Positions 38,792 through 48,822 of a stretch of 64,000 bases of DNA are shown here, one piece after another; position 1 is the stretch's first letter, and each line of letters begins with the position of its first letter. Origin of the DNA: a virus; IMG/VR virus record IMGVR_UViG_3300028030_000001, positions 1 through 64,000 of that record; one strand, written 5' to 3'. The notes below the pieces were generated by a model. The model was not told the DNA's origin, searched no databases, and saw only the letters and a program-made list of their open reading frames with translations. The translations under genes and the position numbers were made by a program.

Positions 38792-41700
38792 TTACCCACT
38801 CCTCAACAGCTTCCCATTCAATTTCGGTCAAGTTACAGTAATCAAACCCGACAGCGCACGATGCCTCAAACGGAACGATAGAGGACGAGTCAGGATAAGG
38901 TGCATTCATAATATCTCTTACCTTACCAGCTACCTCTACCAAATCATCAAGCATTACAGACATAACCACTTCATCATGTACAGGGAAGTATATCTGCATG
39001 TCATAATACAGAGCTACTTCAAAAAATATCCTGCCCAAAGCACGTTTCGTCATTTCTGCCGCTGAACCTTGAATAATAAAGTTTGTGCCTGATCTGATAG
39101 CGTGACCGGGATCGGAACTGTGCAGAGCCTTGGCAAGATGCCGTCTTGCTCCCAACATAGTAAGACTATACTTGTTCTCCCGTATAAAATCTTCCATATC
39201 TTCCGACCACTCAACAAGTCCAGGAAACGCATCAGCACGTGCGTTCAAAAACAGTTGAGCTTCTTCTACATCAACGACCAACTTACGGGACAGTGTACCT
39301 GCCTGTCCACCATACTGAGCAAGAAAGTTTGTAGATTTTCCTTTGGCACGAAATTCTTTCGATTCTTTTATTTCTTGGGCTACCGCTTCAGCGAACTCTT
39401 CGTAAGTAGAGTACGGCCCGCCAAGCATCGTGTTAATACTGAAACCTGTAAGTGAATGCAGGTCTTTCTTCTCTTCGCCTATGTAGCAAGCCAGGAAGTT
39501 TTTGTCACCGGAAGCAAGTGCCGCAAGCCTCAATTCCTGACCACTAAAGTCAGGAGCAAATATCACAGCCCCTTCCTTATGCGGTTTGACACATGACCTG
39601 ATTTGTTTACCTTCCGGTGTCCGTTTACTCAACTGATTCACATTAGGTTTCGCAGGCGCAAACCGTCTTGAAGATGTACCACACTGTCTCAATCCTGGAT
39701 GTATCTTACCTGTTTCCCAGTGAACAAATTTCGGGTACGCATCGTAATAGTAACCTTTACGGGTACGATACATTCTACAATTCTGAATAGCTTTAAGTAT
39801 TTCTTTGTGTTCTTCTGTTTGAGCATCCCGTTTCAATGCCCATTCGATTGCGGTATCGTCAGAGGACGGGTTGCCTTCAAGCATACCTTTTTCTTTCTGT
39901 TTCTCAGTCAAATCGTTTCTGAACCTGACAGGAAGCCCCATGAAATCATACATCAGTTTAACTACCTGATTAGGAGACTTCACGTTAAAGTCTATGTTCG
40001 GAACAAAACACTCCTCAAGATATTGGTTCACTTCAGTAAAATCTTTTGATTCGAGTGAATCCATAAGAAGATTTTTGAGGTGTTCATCTTCTACAAGCGC
40101 AATTACTTTCTCAAGCTTTCTGAAATTAGTCTTTAGTTCGTTCCCTGTAGCAATCAGGTTTGCTCTCTTAATCTCTTTCGGAGTCAGTTTGGTTATGGGT
40201 TGGTACTGCGCTCCAGGCCAATACTCGACCACAGTTATATCGTTACCATCTTCATCAAAATCCTCGTATTCGTATGTAAGATGCTTCAGATGCTCTATCA
40301 GTTTTGCGTAATTTTCGTTATAGACCTCTCTATCTTTCTGTTCAAGCTCTGCAAGCCTGTCTGTGTCGAAGTTGATTCCTCCAAAGAACGCATGAGCGGT
40401 TGCGTACTGAGACTTCAAATCAACTTTGCAAAACGCAGTTATAGTTTGCTCAACTTCCATGATAAAAGAGAACAGATTAAACAAAGCAGATGACATAATA
40501 GTATCATCACATCCGTAACCAAGGACTTCTTCACCAGTTACCTCAGACATACCTCTGCCCTGAGTAACTTCCTCATAAGTAGTCTGATGATATTTGAACC
40601 ATCTGTAAGATAGTTTCTTGAGACTTTTTGAATTGTTCTCGTCCACGTAAGATGCCATGAATTGTGTGTCTACAGCATTAGGCAGGAACCCGCCGTACCT
40701 GTTATCTTTCCAGAAATCGCCAAATGCTCTGTATAATACCGGAAGCTCAAACCCTGACGCATTATGAATCATAACAGGCATATCTTCAGGTATCATTTCA
40801 AGTATCTGCCTGAAGTCATCCAGTGATACGTTATCTGTATCAGCATGATTTACGCTGAAATAGCAGGTATATTGTTGATTTGAACCGAAAGTGATACTGC
40901 CTCCGGATATGTGGCTTGACCTAACATCTACGTCTATATCAGATACTTCAGACCACTTTCTTGACTCTTCCGGTACATCTGTTTCGAGATCAAGCGCAAC
41001 CCACTTAGATTCATTCATGAACTCAGGCAGTTCCTGTTTCAGTTCATCTATCGTTTCAGCCGTGATTAAGTGCTGTGTAGCGGACAGTTCTTCAAACACA
41101 TGCTCATCAATCTTTGTCGGGAAACCGGCCTCCCACTTGAGCTTGTGATCCTCTATGTACACAGGTTGAGCTAACGCCCAAGTTATGTAGACATCTTCCT
41201 GAGAATCAATCAGTTTCTGTAGCTCTTTCATTTCAGCTACATCTTCCTGAAGCGCATCGAGTTCCTGACGTTCTATGAGGTCAATCAAGACCTGTATTCC
41301 TTCATCACCAAAGGTCTGAAGCAGTTTAACAAACGCTTTCGGACCGAAACCTTTTGCTTTCAGTTTCCCGAAATCGCCAGGATCGCCTACCAGTGCCCGC
41401 CACAAAGGGATATACTTTCTTGGTATGAACTCGGTACGCTTGTTAGATAATGGCTCGCTCTTCGGATACAGTGTTCTATCAAGCAGGACAGTACAATCAT
41501 ACGCAAGCATATCAGAGTCACGAGTCCACACAATATGGTCTGTCTCAGTCTGTTTTACAAAATGAGCAATAACATCATCAGCTTCTACATAATCGTAACT
41601 GACACAGATTCCACCACCTGACTTGATAAGATTCTTGACCTGTTTAATGAGTTTGTTGAACTCTTTGTAAAACTCTTTCGGCCTTTCCTCTCTATGCGCT

Positions 41701-41966
41701 TTGTATTCGTCCCATATTCTGCGCCTTGAAGCTCTTGAGTCTTTGCCGTCAAACACGGCCACTATATCAATCAGGGTCTTGTTTGTTTTTTGGAGCGCAG
41801 TCAATAACTGAGCAATAAAGTTACCGTAACCGTAATTGGCCGTGTTTACGAAAAATCCGTCTATATCTCTACCTTTCGGGTCTTTCTTGTTGAGCAGAGC
41901 GGAAGCAATAATTGAATTTGCGTCAATTATGAGTCGGGGTCGGAGCAGGTCTTGTTTTGTGATCAT
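38778..41966 (-). CDS. polA: family A DNA polymerase with 5'-3' and 3'-5' exonuclease domains
   Basis: EADD and GDPGD (5' nuclease); DLET, HNA and YGCDD (3' exo); DFSGQELR, KSTNFLAQYG and VHDE (polymerase). ATG at 41966 is the likely start. Confidence 0.95.
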   Translation of the reverse strand: MITKQDLLRPRLIIDANSIIASALLNKKDPKGRDIDGFFVNTANYGYGNFIAQLLTALQKTNKTLIDIVAVFDGKDSRASRRRIWDEYKAHREERPKEFYKEFNKLIKQVKNLIKSGGGICVSYDYVEADDVIAHFVKQTETDHIVWTRDSDMLAYDCTVLLDRTLYPKSEPLSNKRTEFIPRKYIPLWRALVGDPGDFGKLKAKGFGPKAFVKLLQTFGDEGIQVLIDLIERQELDALQEDVAEMKELQKLIDSQEDVYITWALAQPVYIEDHKLKWEAGFPTKIDEHVFEELSATQHLITAETIDELKQELPEFMNESKWVALDLETDVPEESRKWSEVSDIDVDVRSSHISGGSITFGSNQQYTCYFSVNHADTDNVSLDDFRQILEMIPEDMPVMIHNASGFELPVLYRAFGDFWKDNRYGGFLPNAVDTQFMASYVDENNSKSLKKLSYRWFKYHQTTYEEVTQGRGMSEVTGEEVLGYGCDDTIMSSALFNLFSFIMEVEQTITAFCKVDLKSQYATAHAFFGGINFDTDRLAELEQKDREVYNENYAKLIEHLKHLTYEYEDFDEDGNDITVVEYWPGAQYQPITKLTPKEIKRANLIATGNELKTNFRKLEKVIALVEDEHLKNLLMDSLESKDFTEVNQYLEECFVPNIDFNVKSPNQVVKLMYDFMGLPVRFRNDLTEKQKEKGMLEGNPSSDDTAIEWALKRDAQTEEHKEILKAIQNCRMYRTRKGYYYDAYPKFVHWETGKIHPGLRQCGTSSRRFAPAKPNVNQLSKRTPEGKQIRSCVKPHKEGAVIFAPDFSGQELRLAALASGDKNFLACYIGEEKKDLHSLTGFSINTMLGGPYSTYEEFAEAVAQEIKESKEFRAKGKSTNFLAQYGGQAGTLSRKLVVDVEEAQLFLNARADAFPGLVEWSEDMEDFIRENKYSLTMLGARRHLAKALHSSDPGHAIRSGTNFIIQGSAAEMTKRALGRIFFEVALYYDMQIYFPVHDEVVMSVMLDDLVEVAGKVRDIMNAPYPDSSSIVPFEASCAVGFDYCNLTEIEWEAVEEWVNEQL

Positions 41967-42015
41967 GACTATTTCTCTCACGTTCTTGTTTACCAAACGT
42001 AAACTAATCAGACTT

Positions 42016-42049
42016 AAAAGTGGCCGTTACCTGTAAAGGTAACGGCCAC
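42016..42049 (-). terminator. intrinsic terminator
   Basis: Perfect 13-bp stem gtggccgttacct/aggtaacggccac, 4-nt loop, U4 on -. Confidence 0.75.
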
Positions 42050-42101
42050 AACACGGAAGGAGGTATGAGGAGAACAATGGATGCAAAACCATCCGCTGCC
42101 T

Positions 42102-42884
42102 TTATTGATCAGCCACCGAAAAGTTAAAGATTGAGAACTCGTTTGAATTAAAGCTCTCTATACTTACCGTGGCCTTGATTGCGAGATAATCTTCAGGCTT
42201 GTTCATGCCCATACCGATTCGCATAGGGGCTTGAAGCCTGAGAGCGTCCCATTTCAGGACTGACTGTGGGCTTAGGTTGAACTGTACCAGGTTTCCGATT
42301 TCCGGGTAGTCATCTTCTGAATCAGTCAGGAGGCCGATAAGGTCAACGTATGTTTTGACACATGCTTTCGGGAAGCCTTTGTCCTGAAGTTCGTTGATAT
42401 ACTCAGACACGAGTATACCAGAACCATCATTCAGGTACTCACCATCTTCAGATACCTTGAAGTATTTCTTACCTTTCGGTGTGTTGTCCCCGGTCGTGAT
42501 ACAATACTTGAAGTTGTACGAAACTGGACGGAAAGTACACCAGTTCCCAACCACACGCTTTGAATTGTCCACGATACGGCCATTGGAAGCCTTCAGAATA
42601 GGGAAAGTACCGAACTTGACCTTGCCCATAGCCTCGAACAGATTATCGAGTGGGCTTTCTATGGTCTTGCCTCCGAAAGTAAGCTGGGTTGGCGGGGCAT
42701 TGGATTTGACTTCGGCAGGCGGTTCGGCCTTGGGTTCAGCCTTGGTTTCTGTATGTTCAGACTTGACTTCGGCCTGTGTTTCAGCAGGTTTGGCCTTGGC
42801 CTGTTCATCTGTCTCGAACGGAACGTCATTCTGCTCGATTACGGTTTCGGTTTCGATTGAAGATTTTTTGGAACGTAATACCAT
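42102..42884 (-). CDS. putative ssDNA-binding / replication accessory protein
   Basis: Own promoter and terminator, sits between helicase and polymerase, P/A/E-rich N-terminus. Function inferred from context. Confidence 0.5.
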   Translation of the reverse strand: MVLRSKKSSIETETVIEQNDVPFETDEQAKAKPAETQAEVKSEHTETKAEPKAEPPAEVKSNAPPTQLTFGGKTIESPLDNLFEAMGKVKFGTFPILKASNGRIVDNSKRVVGNWCTFRPVSYNFKYCITTGDNTPKGKKYFKVSEDGEYLNDGSGILVSEYINELQDKGFPKACVKTYVDLIGLLTDSEDDYPEIGNLVQFNLSPQSVLKWDALRLQAPMRIGMGMNKPEDYLAIKATVSIESFNSNEFSIFNFSVADQ

Positions 42885-42923
42885 GATAAATACTCCTTAG
42901 ATTGAGGTTAGCGATTTAGTGTA

Positions 42924-42952
42924 AGACTACACTATGCCGTGTTATTTGTCAA
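42924..42952 (-). promoter_or_regulatory. sigma70-type promoter
   Basis: TTGACA-17-TAGTCT. Confidence 0.7.
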
Positions 42953-42959
42953 ACACTTT

Positions 42960-43163
42960 TCAACTTATTTCGAACATTTTTTCGATAGCAGATACCAGAC
43001 TGTACGCAACTTCACCATTCCTGCCCAAGTACCTGCAACGCCTCTGTAGCCACATGAAACAAAGTGAATCCATACACGCTTCATCAGGACAGTCTTTTGC
43101 ACTATCAATAAACTCATCCATGATTGCGTCTATTTCGTCATTCAAAATTCTTCCGTTTGGCAT
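42960..43163 (-). CDS. hypothetical protein
   Basis: AAGGAG RBS. Confidence 0.55.
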   Translation of the reverse strand: MPNGRILNDEIDAIMDEFIDSAKDCPDEACMDSLCFMWLQRRCRYLGRNGEVAYSLVSAIEKMFEIS

Positions 43164-43178
43164 TATTTATCTCCTTTC

Positions 43179-44609
43179 TTACTTTATTCTGAAAATTTCT
43201 CCAAGCTGGTTAGCTTGAAGAACCACTTGAGAATTAACAGCATCTTTCTGAACACAGTTGCCGTATATCCGGTCCTGAATCGTATTGAGTGCCATACAGT
43301 TCCAGACATTAACGTGCTTCTTCTGTCCGTCCCTGTACACTCGTGCTTCAGCCTGGCGATACCTTCCAGGCACGACCGGAAACTCGGCAAAGATTATATT
43401 ACTGCACACGCCCTGAAGATTGAGTCCTACACCACCAGATACCGGATTGGCTACAAGACACTTTACACTTGGCTCATTAAGGAACGCAGACAAGTTTTTA
43501 TCTTGTTCAGATGCGTTCATATCACCCCATAGACCAACGGCCTCGTAGCCAATTTTGTTCAGGTAGTCGAGTATCTTACGATTCACTCTCCTGTAATTGG
43601 CATAAATAATGGTCTTGTCAGAGCTTTGTTCAACCAGGGTCTTGATAAGCTCAAGTCCGGCTATCTTTTTTATGTTCTGGCCAAATTCTTCAGGACACCA
43701 TATTATCCGTTGCGCTATGTTGTAAAACCGTGCCTCGTCAGTCGCATCAATGACTGCATCTTCGCCATGCTCATCAATATATTCAAGTATCTGGTACTGC
43801 ATGAGCTTCTTATAAACTCTTTCATGTTTTAAACTCAATTCATAGTGCTGAATGATACGTGATATTGGAGGCAACGAATCAAGCACATCCTCTGCAAGCA
43901 CTGACACAGCCCGTCTGTACAACCGTTCATGCAACAAGTCCAAGTCACGATATGTTATTGGCTTACCGTAAAAGTCAAAGTCTTCTACATGAGTAAGCTC
44001 GAACAGTTCATAAGATTTGTACAGGTCAGGGCTATGTAACGATATATAGCTGTATGCGTCCAGAGGTTTACTTATAGGCGTTCCTGTAAGCATCTGAAGG
44101 GTGTTACCGTATGTGTGATTGTAAGCCCAAAATACGGCGTTGTAGTTAGCTGTTTCAGGGTTCTTTATACAATGTGCTTCATCGAGTATGACAGAAGTTG
44201 AGACACCTGCAAACACTTCGTTGAACCTGTCATTATCTCTTTTGTAAATATCTGTGGAAACTATAACTACATCGGGTGTTTCCAAGTCCATCTTTTCTCT
44301 CTGCTTCTTCGTGCCTTTGTACGCAAGCACATTCAGTGGTTTACCGTCTATAGTACGAATATTGGACATCCAGTAATACCACTGTGTAATCAATATAGGC
44401 GGGACAATAATCAGTATCCGCTCTGTTCCATATACTTCTGTCTCATAGAGTGCTTTATAGGTTGAGGTTAAGGTCTTGCCTGTGCCTGGGGCCATAAAGC
44501 AACCATAGCACGGCCACGATTCAGATTTTTCGAGTACCTCTGCCTGGTACTTGTACGGAGACAGAGGTACATGGAAGTTTTTGTTTACGGTTTCGATTAT
44601 TTTGTTCAT
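43179..44609 (-). CDS. SF2 (SNF2-like) DNA helicase
   Basis: PGTGKT, DEAH, TGTP, GGVGLNLQ, QAEARVYRDGQ. Confidence 0.92.
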   Translation of the reverse strand: MNKIIETVNKNFHVPLSPYKYQAEVLEKSESWPCYGCFMAPGTGKTLTSTYKALYETEVYGTERILIIVPPILITQWYYWMSNIRTIDGKPLNVLAYKGTKKQREKMDLETPDVVIVSTDIYKRDNDRFNEVFAGVSTSVILDEAHCIKNPETANYNAVFWAYNHTYGNTLQMLTGTPISKPLDAYSYISLHSPDLYKSYELFELTHVEDFDFYGKPITYRDLDLLHERLYRRAVSVLAEDVLDSLPPISRIIQHYELSLKHERVYKKLMQYQILEYIDEHGEDAVIDATDEARFYNIAQRIIWCPEEFGQNIKKIAGLELIKTLVEQSSDKTIIYANYRRVNRKILDYLNKIGYEAVGLWGDMNASEQDKNLSAFLNEPSVKCLVANPVSGGVGLNLQGVCSNIIFAEFPVVPGRYRQAEARVYRDGQKKHVNVWNCMALNTIQDRIYGNCVQKDAVNSQVVLQANQLGEIFRIK

Positions 44610-44611
44610 AA

Positions 44612-44827
44612 TTATTCTATAAATACGCTATCTAAAAGCCCACACTTAACTAACAACAAAAATTCACCATCACTAAAATTCCACATTATTTCTGTGTTAT
44701 TATAGGTAACATTAACTTCATTTTCGCCTCCTTCTGCTGCATTCAAAGCAGCACGTAAAGCGTCAATTAACTTTTTTCTGCTGTTACCTGTCTTGTTAAA
44801 AGCCTGCTCTACAATCAAAGTGTTCAT
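44612..44827 (-). CDS. hypothetical protein
   Basis: Short ORF with AAGG RBS. Confidence 0.5.
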   Translation of the reverse strand: MNTLIVEQAFNKTGNSRKKLIDALRAALNAAEGGENEVNVTYNNTEIMWNFSDGEFLLLVKCGLLDSVFIE

Positions 44828-44868
44828 TGATAGCTACCTTATTGTTTAATCGTTAAACTTTGACATAA

Positions 44869-45459
44869 TTATTCACCGAATTTTACTTCTATCAGATTAC
44901 CGTCACGATCCTTCACACCTTTCGATTCACGCCACAATTTCAACGACCTTTCAGCCGCAAGTAAAGTAGTCTTGTAATCGAATCCGACCAGACCTTTCTT
45001 CCGTTTCTTCAACCATTCAACAAATTCTACAGGTGTTTCTTTGGACACAATTCTCTGTAACTCAGGATCATCATGTACAGCCTGTTCAATATCTGTTATC
45101 ACCGAGATTGTCACGCACTTGTTATCCTTCTTACCCATCTCAAGTGCCTCGTCAGCAACCGATCCGAACAACATAAAACACAGATTCCAACCGCAATCCG
45201 ACCAACTCTGTATTCCGTATCCGGCCTTTGACTCAACCTTGACCAGCTTCTTAGCCGGACCTTTCGGGTTCGGGTTACCGTTCACTATCCGTTCATCCAT
45301 ATAATCGACGATAGTGTATGTGTAGTGTTTGCGGGAACGGGGCCACCAACTGAACTTGACCTTGATAGGGTTCGGTTTGGCAGTGTTGATGCCGAGGGCA
45401 CGGGTAATGGCATCGAGGCTTGACGTGTCAACATCCTTGGCTGTTTTCATTTTTGACAT
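44869..45459 (-). CDS. hypothetical protein
   Basis: AAGGAG RBS and promoter immediately upstream. Confidence 0.65.
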   Translation of the reverse strand: MSKMKTAKDVDTSSLDAITRALGINTAKPNPIKVKFSWWPRSRKHYTYTIVDYMDERIVNGNPNPKGPAKKLVKVESKAGYGIQSWSDCGWNLCFMLFGSVADEALEMGKKDNKCVTISVITDIEQAVHDDPELQRIVSKETPVEFVEWLKKRKKGLVGFDYKTTLLAAERSLKLWRESKGVKDRDGNLIEVKFGE

Positions 45460-45510
45460 GATTCTGTCTCCTTTTGTGATTGAGATTAAAGATTAAGATT
45501 TACAGGTGCT

Positions 45511-45539
45511 ACAATAACATACGTTTTACAGTATGTCAA
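45511..45539 (-). promoter_or_regulatory. sigma70-type promoter (copy 1 of 32-bp repeat)
   Basis: TTGACA-17-TATTGT; 45509-45540 is identical to 51064-51095. Confidence 0.75.
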
Positions 45540-46351
45540 CTGTTTATTCTCTCATGAGCTAAGTCAACATATTCTTGCATAATATCTATACCGACAAATT
45601 TCCTGTTTAACTTTCTACAAACAACGCCTGTTGTCCCACTGCCCATAAAAGGATCAAGGACTGTATCATTCTCATCCGTAAAACTTTTTATAAAAAACTC
45701 CACTAATTTTCCAGGGAAGGTAGCGGGATGTTTAGCTTTAAGAGTGAACTGGTTGCTTACATTGTTAGCGTGTATCACGTTTGATGGTCTTGTTATCTTT
45801 ATTTTTCTCAGATTTGTTTGTTCAAGCCCTGCCATGCCACTACCATTAACAGGCTTACCACACTGTTTCCTATAAGCACGAGCTACGCTTTCAGGTTTTA
45901 TAGGTGTACCGCAAGCTGTAGGATTAAATTTTATGTTTGTAGGTGTGTCTTTTGTAAAATGGTAAACAGGCTCAAAAGCGTTTTTGAATCTACCTTTGAG
46001 CGCACCAGGAAACGGGTTCTTAATCCAACAAAGCTCATCCACAAACATAAAACCTATTTCACGTTTAAGAGAAATAATCAAATCAAAGACATACAAACTA
46101 CGTTCACCTTTATTCGTGTGAGGTTTTATGTTCAAGAAAAAGCTGCCTGTAGGCTTAAGTACACGCTTTAACTCTGCAGCAATAGGCTTAAACCAATCTA
46201 CATATTGTGATTCAGGTATTCCTCCGTACACGTTCTTTCGCCTGTCAGCGTAAGGAGGAGAAGTAAAGACCATATCTATAGAGTTATCAAAGATATTTTT
46301 TAGTAATTCTCTGCAATCGCCTTGTATCAATGTAATATCCATAAGTCTCAA
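45536..46351 (-). CDS. DNA methyltransferase, beta-class N4C/N6A
   Basis: TSPPY, HPATFP, VLDPFMGSGTT. Confidence 0.93.
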   Translation of the reverse strand: MRLMDITLIQGDCRELLKNIFDNSIDMVFTSPPYADRRKNVYGGIPESQYVDWFKPIAAELKRVLKPTGSFFLNIKPHTNKGERSLYVFDLIISLKREIGFMFVDELCWIKNPFPGALKGRFKNAFEPVYHFTKDTPTNIKFNPTACGTPIKPESVARAYRKQCGKPVNGSGMAGLEQTNLRKIKITRPSNVIHANNVSNQFTLKAKHPATFPGKLVEFFIKSFTDENDTVLDPFMGSGTTGVVCRKLNRKFVGIDIMQEYVDLAHERINS

Positions 46352-46530
46352 TACACAAGTGATTCGTTCAAGTCCAATACACGCAACAAATTGTCTATCT
46401 GCTCTACGTCAGGCATGTTTTCATCACCGAAAAGTTCTTCATACCGTTCCTGAAGATTAGCGCATGTAACAGGCGAAAAAAACCAGCCTGCGCCACGTTC
46501 TATGTCGTCAGCTAAATTTATTTCGATCAT
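46348..46530 (-). CDS. hypothetical protein
   Basis: GAGGAG RBS. Confidence 0.55.
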   Translation of the reverse strand: MIEINLADDIERGAGWFFSPVTCANLQERYEELFGDENMPDVEQIDNLLRVLDLNESLVY

Positions 46531-46542
46531 GGTTCTGTCTCC

Positions 46543-47130
46543 TCAATTAAACCACCTTATCACAGGTTCACCTTTGAATCCTTTTACCCAAACGAACCAG
46601 GCATAAGCCACAGCACGACTCACATTTTTGGTAAATTCACCATTCTTTGCACAAACCAGTCTTGAAGCAGAAACATAAACTACTTTTGGAGGATATTTCT
46701 GAAACATCTTTTTACGTTTCTTACCTTCAAGAAACTGAAGTTTAAGAAACATTGCTACTTTTCTACCTTCGGGTATTATCTCAAGTGCATGTTCCACAAA
46801 CTGTTGTGCAAGTTTGTATGGAGGGTTCGTGATTATGTCGCCGTACCATCGTGTAATACCAAAGAAATCTTGAATTTGCCCATATCCGTATGAATATTTA
46901 TCATAACTTGTTACAGGTATCTTATGTTGTTCAAGTACCTTTGATATATGACCTTCACCGCAAGCGGGTTCAAGCACGTTATTAAACTGTTCAAGTTCTA
47001 ACAGAAGTTCAACAGCTTTCGGTTCAGTAGCATAGTAATCATGTTTCTGTCTATCATCCTCTGTATGAGAAGATGCACCAAGTGTTACATAGATACTCTT
47101 TTTGTTTCCTGTCCAGTCTTTATTACTCAT
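46543..47130 (-). CDS. DNA adenine methyltransferase (small phage type)
   Basis: DYYATEP, LEPACGEG, ITNPPY, YAWFVW. Confidence 0.88.
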   Translation of the reverse strand: MSNKDWTGNKKSIYVTLGASSHTEDDRQKHDYYATEPKAVELLLELEQFNNVLEPACGEGHISKVLEQHKIPVTSYDKYSYGYGQIQDFFGITRWYGDIITNPPYKLAQQFVEHALEIIPEGRKVAMFLKLQFLEGKKRKKMFQKYPPKVVYVSASRLVCAKNGEFTKNVSRAVAYAWFVWVKGFKGEPVIRWFN

Positions 47131-47145
47131 CACCTACCTCAAACC

Positions 47146-47168
47146 AAAACGGGCACGTTACGTGCCCG
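47146..47168 (-). terminator. intrinsic terminator
   Basis: cgggcacg-tta-cgtgcccg stem with U4 on -. Confidence 0.6.
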
Positions 47169-47193
47169 CTTACCTGTCCGTTTACCTATCCGG

Positions 47194-47886
47194 TTACACC
47201 ACCACTATACACTCAGTATTGTCCTGAATAAATGTTTGTACTTCTGCCGCAACCTGGGCAAGCTCAATCTCACCATAGGCCAGAGACAGTGATACTTTAC
47301 CGTTCCTGTCCATACGCACAAAATAGGGCAGTGTTGTATCGACTTCAGCAAACATACATTTTGGCTTCAGTTCTACCGAATCACCGATGCTCTTGTGCGC
47401 CAGACTTGTGATTCCGTTCTTCACCACTACCTGCTGAGACACACCGTTATCACGAAGTTCTGTCAAATGCTCCTGACTGATGTTGGACATGAACTCAAGC
47501 AAGGACGGGGCACTGGCTTCTTCAAAGTAAAAATTCCGCTTGAACGCTTTGAAAAAATCTGACAGTTCGTAACTGTTTCTGAGCATAGTATCAACACTTT
47601 CCGTGTCTGTCTTTGCAATGCACAGTTGTGGCCGCTTTTTCGTTGTCGTATCCGGTTTACCAAGACATATCACCTTGAATGCTCCTGCTATGACAATATC
47701 TACAGCATCCCTGAACAACGTATTTACGCAGTCACAGAAACCCGCCAGAGTTTTTGTATAGATCGGTTTCGGTTCATACGGTTCGATGTACGACCAGTCA
47801 CCAAAACCGATTTCCCGGCCGTTTTCAGCCTTGTGTATGCCTGTGGCAGTCATTTCCTGAATCTTCTCTATTCCGTCTCGTGTCAT
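47194..47886 (-). CDS. conserved phage protein
   Basis: DNGVSQQVVVKNGI motif; abuts 47887..48204. Confidence 0.65.
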   Translation of the reverse strand: MTRDGIEKIQEMTATGIHKAENGREIGFGDWSYIEPYEPKPIYTKTLAGFCDCVNTLFRDAVDIVIAGAFKVICLGKPDTTTKKRPQLCIAKTDTESVDTMLRNSYELSDFFKAFKRNFYFEEASAPSLLEFMSNISQEHLTELRDNGVSQQVVVKNGITSLAHKSIGDSVELKPKCMFAEVDTTLPYFVRMDRNGKVSLSLAYGEIELAQVAAEVQTFIQDNTECIVVV

Positions 47887-48204
47887 TTACTTAACCTCCT
47901 GTAGTTGTGATACTGACGTATCTTTCAGAGACAGATCAGCTTCGCTGATGTCCACACCTGAGCCTGTTACACCGGACAGAACCTGGGTTGTGTGCGGAAC
48001 TGGAGCGAGTTTGGAGTTGACGATGGTTTCAAGCTGTGCCAGGCCACGATTGTTCTTGTCAGGTTTCAGCTTCAGCTTGATGTTGATTTCTCGCACCGCA
48101 TCAGGCTTTGTCCTGAGATCGTGAATGTTTTGAACCACTTTGGCTAGCTCTTCTTCGAAAAGCTCTGCCAATGCACCCATACCAATGTCTTCGAGTTTAA
48201 GCAT
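47887..48204 (-). CDS. conserved phage protein (replication-terminator-like annotation family)
   Basis: GALAELFEEELAKVVQNIHD...REINIKLKLKP...SKLAP. Confidence 0.65.
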   Translation of the reverse strand: MLKLEDIGMGALAELFEEELAKVVQNIHDLRTKPDAVREINIKLKLKPDKNNRGLAQLETIVNSKLAPVPHTTQVLSGVTGSGVDISEADLSLKDTSVSQLQEVK

Positions 48205-48281
48205 AATTCTACTCCTTTCTTGTTAAGGTTTACTCATTCTCTACACATATAGATTACACAAAGAATCATATGCGCTCCGTA

Positions 48282-48308
48282 GCGGCTGGTGATCTTTTGT
48301 GTTAGCAC
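48282..48308 (-). other. truncated attC-like half site
   Basis: GTGCTAAC-acaaaa-gatcaccagccgc on -; contains the stop codon of 48302..48799 and resembles the first arm of 48823..48954. Confidence 0.5.
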
Positions 48309-48799
48309 TTAACCTGCGCCTTATTGAAACGCTCCCAACATTCGAGCTTATTTTTCTGGTTCCGGCATCTTGAAAGAAGCGACCCCAGCAACGAACCGCC
48401 GTGGAGTCTTTCACAGTCATCAACGAAACCGGGAATCCCATGACAAGCTGCCTGGTCTGCAAGCATCGGGCAAGCAAGCTGTTTGACGTGTTCCGGCATT
48501 TCTCCGCGCAGAAAGTCATCATAACTAACCCCTTTTGCCGCCATATCCACAGTTCCAATGCCTGCAAATTTTGTCTTTTTTGGGGCGATTATAAACCCGT
48601 ATGATTGTTTATACACACGAGTAACACCATCTCTTATTTTTCTTCCGGTAAATTCTTCATACTCGAAGACGTAATGTTGTCTCCCGGTTCCGTTGCAAGT
48701 ATGACAGATAACTGCCGCCCCGTTTCTTTCCGACATACCGACATAAACTCCAGTCCCGTTACAAGACTTACACTCAATATCTTTTTCAATCCGCTTCAT
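48302..48799 (-). CDS. Cys-rich protein with DnaJ-type zinc finger
   Basis: CKSCNGTG...CHTCNGTG; GGAGGAG RBS before ATG at 48799. Confidence 0.7.
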   Translation of the reverse strand: MKRIEKDIECKSCNGTGVYVGMSERNGAAVICHTCNGTGRQHYVFEYEEFTGRKIRDGVTRVYKQSYGFIIAPKKTKFAGIGTVDMAAKGVSYDDFLRGEMPEHVKQLACPMLADQAACHGIPGFVDDCERLHGGSLLGSLLSRCRNQKNKLECWERFNKAQVKC

Positions 48800-48822
48800 T
48801 GTTCTCCTCCCGGTTATAGAAT

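Noticed and set aside
38778-44609. Inteins or introns in polymerase or helicase
   Set aside because: ORFs are continuous; no C...HN-C/S/T splice junction or homing-nuclease motif was recognised.
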